Source: Gemmatimonadales bacterium (lineage in GTDB: Bacteria > Gemmatimonadota > Gemmatimonadetes > Gemmatimonadales > GWC2-71-9). From it: a stretch of 64,000 nt of DNA. Below the pieces are notes generated by a model. The model was not told the origin of the DNA. It was given only the letters and a program-made list of their open reading frames with translations, and made no database searches. The stretch's first letter is position 1. Each line of letters begins with the position of its first letter. Below, piece after piece: positions 58,148-64,000 of the stretch. The position numbers and the translations under genes were made by a program. The DNA is taken from assembly GCA_041615815.1 (NCBI GenBank), contig JBFJCP010000014.1:42090-106089 (forward strand). The letters are read 5' to 3'.

Positions 58148-60135
58148 GCGCCCGCCGGCTCGGCCGGCGGGGTGCCCAGGACCGGCCCCCGACCGGTTCC
58201 GGGTGCCTTGTCCGCCGCCGGTATCTGCTTGCTTCCCTCCAGCGGCGGTGCGGGAGCGGGCGCCCGAGCGGGCAACTCCTCCCCTTTGGCCAGCAACTCC
58301 ACTTCCTCCCGATCCAGCGTCTCTCGCTCGAGCAGCGCCTCGGCCATCTTGTGGAGGGTCTCCATATCCCCCTCGAGAATCGACCGCGCCCGCTCGTACG
58401 CATCGCCGAGGATCCGCTTCACCTCGGAATCCACGAGTTCGGCCGTCTTCTCCGACACCTCTCGGTGCTGGCTGATTTCGCGTCCCAGAAAGATCTGCTG
58501 CTCGCGGTCGCCGACGGCCACGGGGCCCAAGACGTCACTCATCCCAAACTGCGTGACCATCCGGCGGGCCATCTCGGTCGCTTGCTGGATGTCCTGGGCC
58601 GCACCGGTGGTGACCTTGTCCGATCCGAAGATCAGCTCCTCCGCCATCCGCCCACCGTACGCCATCGCCAAACGCCCCAGGATGTACTCCTTGGTGTAAT
58701 TGTGGCGGTCCTCCTCCGGCAGGGAGAACGTGATCCCCAACGCCCGCCCCCGGGGGACGATCGAGACCTTGTGCACGGGATCCAATCCGGGCACGCGAAG
58801 ACTGACCAACGCATGGCCCGCTTCGTGGTAGGCCGTGAGCCTCCGCTCCTCTTCTGAGAGGACGAGACTCTTGCGCTCGACTCCGAGCATGACCTTGTCC
58901 TTGGCATCCTCGAAATCGACCATCTCCACGTGCTGCTTGCTGCGTCGCGCAGCCAACAGCGCTGCCTCGTTCACGATGTTGGCGAGATCTGCGCCGGCGA
59001 GCCCCGGGGTGGCCCGGGCAATCACATCGAGCTTCACATTGTCGGCCAATGGGATCTTGCGCGCGTGGACCTTGAGAATCATCTCGCGTCCGCGCACATC
59101 CGGCATATCCACCACGATCTGTCGATCGAACCGTCCCGGGCGGAGCAACGCAGGATCCAGCACGTCCGGCCGGTTGGTGGCCGCAATCAGGATTACACCC
59201 TCGTTGGACTCGAACCCGTCCATTTCGACCAGCAACTGATTGAGCGTCTGCTCACGCTCGTCGTGCCCTCCACCCAGCCCGGCGCCACGATGCCGGCCCA
59301 CCGCGTCGATCTCGTCGATGAAGATGATACACGGCGCATGGGCCTTCCCCTGCTCGAAGAGATCGCGCACCCGCGAGGCGCCGACCCCGACGAACATTTC
59401 CACGAAATCGGATCCCGACATGGAAAAGAACGGGCGCCCGGCTTCACCCGCCACCGCCCGTGCCAACAGCGTCTTCCCCGTCCCTGGGGGGCCCACCAGC
59501 AAGACACCCTTGGGCAACCGTCCACCCAGGCGCTGGAACTTCTGAGGGTCCTTGAGGAACTCGATGATCTCCTGCAGCTCCACTTTGGCCTCATCAGCAC
59601 CCGCCACGTCCTGGAACGTCACCTTCGGCGTGTCGCCCGTCAGGAGCTTGGCCCGCGATTTCCCGAACGAGAAGGCGCGGTTTCCGCCCTGCTGGACCTG
59701 ACGGAAGAAGAAGATCCACAGCCCAATGAGGATCACCCACGGCAGGAGCTGGATGAAGACCGTGCCAAACGACGTCTTGGGCTCTTTGCCGGTGATCGCG
59801 ACTTCCTTTTCCTCGAGCCGCTCGAGGAACAACTCCGAGTCCTGGATGGGGAGGACCACCGAGAAGCGCTGGGTCTCCCTGCCGGCGGTGGCGACGGACT
59901 GTTTGAACTCACCTTTGACGAACTTGCCCGAGGTGATTTCCACCTGAGCGATGTTGTTGGCCTCGAGCTGTTCTTGGAGGGTCGTGTAGGAGATTTCCTG
60001 ATACCCATCCCGGTTCGCGTCGATCATCTGATAGAACGCGATCGGAATGAGGATGATGAGCAGCCAGAACACCACATTTCGGCTGAGCGCGGCCCAGCTG
60101 AACTTACGGTTCGGCGGTGAAGGTCGATCGGCCAT
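58144..60135 (-). CDS. ftsH: ATP-dependent zinc metalloprotease FtsH
   Basis: Two TMs, [15 protein letters not shown] region and HEAGH. Confidence 0.98.
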   Translation of the reverse strand: MADRPSPPNRKFSWAALSRNVVFWLLIILIPIAFYQMIDANRDGYQEISYTTLQEQLEANNIAQVEITSGKFVKGEFKQSVATAGRETQRFSVVLPIQDSELFLERLEEKEVAITGKEPKTSFGTVFIQLLPWVILIGLWIFFFRQVQQGGNRAFSFGKSRAKLLTGDTPKVTFQDVAGADEAKVELQEIIEFLKDPQKFQRLGGRLPKGVLLVGPPGTGKTLLARAVAGEAGRPFFSMSGSDFVEMFVGVGASRVRDLFEQGKAHAPCIIFIDEIDAVGRHRGAGLGGGHDEREQTLNQLLVEMDGFESNEGVILIAATNRPDVLDPALLRPGRFDRQIVVDMPDVRGREMILKVHARKIPLADNVKLDVIARATPGLAGADLANIVNEAALLAARRSKQHVEMVDFEDAKDKVMLGVERKSLVLSEEERRLTAYHEAGHALVSLRVPGLDPVHKVSIVPRGRALGITFSLPEEDRHNYTKEYILGRLAMAYGGRMAEELIFGSDKVTTGAAQDIQQATEMARRMVTQFGMSDVLGPVAVGDREQQIFLGREISQHREVSEKTAELVDSEVKRILGDAYERARSILEGDMETLHKMAEALLERETLDREEVELLAKGEELPARAPAPAPPLEGSKQIPAADKAPGTGRGPVLGTPPAEPAGA

Positions 60136-60136
60136 C

Positions 60137-60688
60137 CTAGTCTCTCAAACTCCCTACGAAAGGCAGATGGCGGTAGTCCTCGGCGTAATCGAGTCCGTAG
60201 CCGACCAAGAACTCCGACGGAGCGTGGAAGCCGACAAATTGCGGCTCCAGCTCCAGTTTGTCCGCCCGTCGCTTGTGCAACAGCGTACAGATTTCGAGGC
60301 TCTGGGGATCGCGGGTGTAGAGCAGCCGCACGAGCCGATTCAACGTGGCCCCGGAATCGATGATGTCTTCGACCAACAGCACGTGCTTGCCCTCCAACAC
60401 CGTCTGCGGATCGTAGAGTAACCGCACGTGTCCGCTGGACGTCTTCCCCTTGCCGTATGAGGCGGCCACGATGAACTCCAGTTGGTGCGGCCGGGGAACC
60501 TCCCGCACCAAGTCGGCCATGAACATGAAGCTCCCCTTGAGCAGCCCCAGGACCAAGAGTTCGCCGTCCCGATAATACTCTCCAATCTCACGCCCCAGTT
60601 CCGTGACGCGTTCCGCAATGGCCTCCGCATCGTACACCACGTCGACGTTGGAGAGCCCTCGCACACGATCAAGCGTCTCGGGTGGCAT
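60137..60688 (-). CDS. hpt: Hypoxanthine phosphoribosyltransferase
   Basis: [22 protein letters not shown] and FLVGYGLD motifs. Start placed at ATG 60688. Confidence 0.95.
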   Translation of the reverse strand: MPPETLDRVRGLSNVDVVYDAEAIAERVTELGREIGEYYRDGELLVLGLLKGSFMFMADLVREVPRPHQLEFIVAASYGKGKTSSGHVRLLYDPQTVLEGKHVLLVEDIIDSGATLNRLVRLLYTRDPQSLEICTLLHKRRADKLELEPQFVGFHAPSEFLVGYGLDYAEDYRHLPFVGSLRD

Positions 60689-62048
60689 GCACCTCCACTC
60701 GTAGTGCCGGCATCCCGCGTGGTGGAACGGCCACGCTCGAGCGACAGATTCCAGGAATCCACACGACCGCCTCCCCCCTGACGAGCAGCGGATAGCTGCC
60801 TCGCTCCCTCCACGGGATTCGCGCCTCCATGAGGAGACGGCGGACCTTCCGATGGCCGATCCCGCCCAATGGGACGAGCGCATCTCCCGTGGCCAGTCCG
60901 CGTACCTGCCCACCTCCTGCCGTGACCCACGTGGTGAACGAGGCCCGCACCGGCTCGAGCGCCCGGCACTCTTCCCAACCGATCTCCCACCGACCCCACT
61001 GGATCCGACCCGGCTCGACCCCACCCCATGGCCGGGGTAGCGCCGGCTCGCTCGCCTGGCGCACCCACACCGGACTCACGATGCGGAGCCGATCAAACGC
61101 GATCTCGGCCTCCCACCCACCACCAAGCTCCAAGCGCCGGCCACTCGGCGCTGCGATCGCGAACCGCCAAAGCCGCGCGGCACGACGGGGACTCAATGCG
61201 CAGCCCGCCTCGCGGGCGAGCGCACGCAAAAGGGCCTCCGATAACAATTTATCATACTCCCGCAGGGGGGGGCGAGCAACCTCGCCACGCCCCGCCTGCA
61301 CCCGGCAGTCCAGGTCCGGGAGTGCGCGCAACACCGTGCTCCATGCCCGACGCTCTTGGTCCGCATACCGAGCCAGATCCAGCAAACGATGTTCCACGCC
61401 CCGCCCAAATCGACCGCGCAAACGGGGCAGCAAACGATGGCGAATCCAGGAGCGGTCGTGTCGCTCGTCCGCATTGGCCGGATCGTGATGGACGGGAAAG
61501 ACGACATCCAGATCTTCTTCCCTTGCTCGGAGCCAATCCGCCAGTTCGGTACGCGTAAAAGGAAGCAAAGGCCGCACAAGGCCGTGTTGGGTCTGTCCGG
61601 GAATCCCGGCCAGGCCAGCGGTGCCGCTACCCTTGAGCACGCGGAAAAGGACGGTCTCCACCTGATCGTCCGCATGATGCGCGGTTACCAGGTACCTGGC
61701 GCTCGCTTCCTTCTTCAAACGAAACAGGGCCCGATACCGCGCTTCCCTGGCCTCCGTCTCGGACGTGCCCACTCCCAACGAGAGCCCGACCCGGTGGCAC
61801 GGGAGCCCGTACCGCGTGGCGAGGCTGACAACCCGCTCCGCCACCGTGGCGCTCTCGCGCCCAATCCCGTGATCGACGTGCGCCACGGCGAGCGCTACCC
61901 CCAGCGTGGGGGCGACATCGCTCAAGAGATCCAAGAGCGCCACGGAATCCGGTCCCCCGCTCACTGCCAAGAGGGCGAGCCCGGGCTCCGCGAACAGTCG
62001 CTCGTCTGTGACGTGCCGTAGGAACCGGGATCGGAGATCGCGCGTCAT
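60669..62048 (-). CDS. tilS: tRNA(Ile)-lysidine synthetase
   Basis: AVSGGPDS, AHVDHG, AHHADDQVET and RPLL motifs; tilS-hpt-ftsH synteny. Confidence 0.95.
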   Translation of the reverse strand: MTRDLRSRFLRHVTDERLFAEPGLALLAVSGGPDSVALLDLLSDVAPTLGVALAVAHVDHGIGRESATVAERVVSLATRYGLPCHRVGLSLGVGTSETEAREARYRALFRLKKEASARYLVTAHHADDQVETVLFRVLKGSGTAGLAGIPGQTQHGLVRPLLPFTRTELADWLRAREEDLDVVFPVHHDPANADERHDRSWIRHRLLPRLRGRFGRGVEHRLLDLARYADQERRAWSTVLRALPDLDCRVQAGRGEVARPPLREYDKLLSEALLRALAREAGCALSPRRAARLWRFAIAAPSGRRLELGGGWEAEIAFDRLRIVSPVWVRQASEPALPRPWGGVEPGRIQWGRWEIGWEECRALEPVRASFTTWVTAGGGQVRGLATGDALVPLGGIGHRKVRRLLMEARIPWRERGSYPLLVRGEAVVWIPGICRSSVAVPPRGMPALRVEVHATRDA

Positions 62049-62064
62049 ACCAACCGGGGCGCTC

Positions 62065-62544
62065 TTACCTGCGAGAGGGCTTAGCGGCGCGTCGTTTGGC
62101 CGTGGCGAGGTAGCCCGGGCGAAGCCCCAACAGACCGGATAGCTTCCGCATCAGATAGTCCTCGTGCCGCGCCAGCTGGCCATCCGAGAAGACCAACCGC
62201 CACATGACTTCGGCCAAGACCATCTTCTGGCCTTCGTCGTACTGTTCCGCGATCAACGAAGTGAACTGGAACAGGTCGACGGCCTGCCGCCGTTCCTGCT
62301 CGGCCAGGGCCATCAGCTCCCGCGCCATCGCAGCCGGGAGGTCGAAGTGCCGCATCAACGCTTCTTGAATGTGATCCTGCTCCGCGTCCGTGAACTCCTC
62401 GTCGGCATGCGCCAGCTCGAGCAGGAGCGCACACGCGGCAATCTGGATGGGATCCGGCCGCTCCTCGGTGGGCGCGGGATGGGCCGGTTCCGAGGCCACC
62501 GGCGTCGCATGCTTGGTAAAGAACGTCTTGATGGAATCGAGCAT
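62065..62544 (-). CDS. TerB family protein
   Basis: AACALLLELAHADEEF, DLFQFTS and DGQLARHEDYLMRKLS motifs. Confidence 0.85.
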   Translation of the reverse strand: MLDSIKTFFTKHATPVASEPAHPAPTEERPDPIQIAACALLLELAHADEEFTDAEQDHIQEALMRHFDLPAAMARELMALAEQERRQAVDLFQFTSLIAEQYDEGQKMVLAEVMWRLVFSDGQLARHEDYLMRKLSGLLGLRPGYLATAKRRAAKPSRR

Positions 62545-62649
62545 TTACACTGCCTCAGCGTTGATCGGGAGCACAAGCCAGCGCGGTGCTCCACCACCGT
62601 CCGTCACGGTTCATCGGGGTGTCCATGCCCCGCGCTGCTGCGCCAGGCG

Positions 62650-63336
62650 TCACGGGGCTGACGGCGCGTTCCATTGCACGAGCTCCTCTAACGGTTTGCG
62701 CGTCAGGTCCGGCACCACCGCGTCGTCGGTGGGATATCCTACGGGAAACAGAATATAGGGTTTCTCGTTCACCGGCCGGCCGAGCAGTTGCGACAGGAAT
62801 CCCATGGGACTCGGCGTGTGGGTCAGCGTCGCCAGACCCATATCGTGCAACGCCGCGATGAAGAGACCGCAGGCGATCCCCACACTTTCATTGACGTAAT
62901 AGTTGGTGACCTTCCGACCCCGATCGTCAGAGCCGTAGGACTCCTTGAACACCACCACGAGGTACGGGGCGATCTCCAGATACTCCTTGTGCCAACCCGT
63001 TCCCAGTGGCGCGAGGGCATCGAGCCAAGCCTTCGGGAATCGATGCTCGTAGTTCTCCCGTTCCTCCGCTTCGGCGGCCTGACGGATCTGCCGCTTGAGG
63101 TCGGGATCGTCCACGATTACGAAGCGCCAGGGCTGTCGATGCGCGCCCGACGGCGCGGTGGCGGCGGTTCGGACGGCGTACTCGATGCACGCCCTCGGAG
63201 GGGCTTCGGACGTAAAGAATCGCACCGACCGGCGCCGCCGCATCCGACCGTAGAATTCCCTCGCTCGTTGCTCCATCTCTTCCGCCGACAGGCGGTGAAA
63301 CTCGAGCGGCACGAATCGACTCTCCGTCCCCGTCAT
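62650..63336 (-). CDS. Nitroreductase family protein, iodotyrosine-deiodinase-like
   Basis: RRRSVRFF, TAPSGAHRQPW, AEAEERENY, LAPLGTGWHKEYL and THTP motifs. Start is 63336 or 63351. Confidence 0.88.
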   Translation of the reverse strand: MTGTESRFVPLEFHRLSAEEMEQRAREFYGRMRRRRSVRFFTSEAPPRACIEYAVRTAATAPSGAHRQPWRFVIVDDPDLKRQIRQAAEAEERENYEHRFPKAWLDALAPLGTGWHKEYLEIAPYLVVVFKESYGSDDRGRKVTNYYVNESVGIACGLFIAALHDMGLATLTHTPSPMGFLSQLLGRPVNEKPYILFPVGYPTDDAVVPDLTRKPLEELVQWNAPSAP

Positions 63337-63495
63337 GCGCAGCCTCGTCATCCTGACCCGACGTGGAAAGTTACCGAACCATTGGCGGCCGTGCTGAGCG
63401 CGTTTCACAAAAAAGGAGCGCGACCCATTCGAGCCGCGCTCGTCCGCTACTCCTCGGTGTCTTCCTGTTGTCCACCCATCCGCCACTCGGCGCCG

Positions 63496-64000
63496 TCAGA
63501 AATCGGGCTGGAGCACCCAGAGACCCGTATTCATGTCCGACACGTAGACCAGTCCGTTGTGGAGCTGGGGAGCCCACGTGCAGGTGCCACTTCCCGGACA
63601 ACTTCCGGGGCCGTCATACCGGAGACTCCCGATCTCTCTGCTTTGCAGCTCCAAAGCGCCCACCAGTGAACCGCTCACGTCCAGCGCGATGAGACCATTG
63701 CCGTACCACGCGAGATAGAGAATCTGCCGATTCTCGTCCATCCAGAAGTTATGGGGTGTTGTCCCCGGCGATTGGAAGGTGGCGACTTCCACCGGCTGCG
63801 AGAGACTGGTGACATCCACCACGTGCATCACCCCGGGCGTCCCAAAGTCTTCTTCGCCCACGAACACGTATTCGCCGCCGGGCCAGTACCACGCGTTGTG
63901 CGTCTGTCCCCCCGCCGTCTGCAGCCGGCCTACCTCCACAGGATCGCCCGGCGTGCCTCCCGCGACGCCGTTACCGACATCGAGGATCACCAGTCCGGCA
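63496..64000 (-). CDS. C-terminal part of an LVIVD-repeat (choice-of-anchor B-like) beta-propeller protein, partial
   Basis: GLVILDV, THNAW, YVFVGEE, HVVDV, YLAWYGNGLIALDV and YVSDMNTGLWVL; the frame is open to the window edge. Confidence 0.75.
   Translation of the reverse strand, partial: AGLVILDVGNGVAGGTPGDPVEVGRLQTAGGQTHNAWYWPGGEYVFVGEEDFGTPGVMHVVDVTSLSQPVEVATFQSPGTTPHNFWMDENRQILYLAWYGNGLIALDVSGSLVGALELQSREIGSLRYDGPGSCPGSGTCTWAPQLHNGLVYVSDMNTGLWVLQPDF

Overview
GC-rich (roughly two-thirds G+C by eye) core-chromosome window, most consistent with a Gemmatimonadota-like diderm. That placement is inferred from gene content and order, not from a search. Apart from a short partial CDS and phhB at the left edge, every credible gene from 544 to 64000 is on the minus strand, and many have overlapping stop/start codons. 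In transcription order (right to left): LVIVD-type protein (partial), iodotyrosine-deiodinase-like nitroreductase, TerB-like protein, tilS-hpt-ftsH-folP-cdaA, a DUF2723/TMEM260-like membrane glycosyltransferase, yggS-divIVA-punA-ileS-dksA/traR-lspA-rluD. Next is a ~17 kb receptor-less chemosensory/polarity cluster: cheW-cheY-cheA-cheC, a large TPR, two DUF4388+MshEN-like+TPR proteins, three roadblock/LC7 proteins including MglB, MglA, a protein with two tandem DnaA-type AAA+ modules and no DNA-binding domain, and cheR-cheD-cheB-cheW-cheW-TPR. Then come a peptidase, tRNA-Val, a secreted TPR protein, tRNA-Asp, a dcw cluster lacking mraZ/murB/ddl (rsmH to ftsZ), an M23 peptidase, a hisA-like gene, a vWA protein, ftsY and recG. 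The run ends with a three-gene cassette (beta-propeller lipoprotein, CxxC redoxin, secreted 4-Cys peptide) and an acyl-CoA dehydrogenase. The best candidates for undescribed systems are the Che-Mgl-double-DnaA module and the peptide cassette. I saw no CRISPR array, integrase or transposase. Many starts were re-placed by hand relative to the ORF track.
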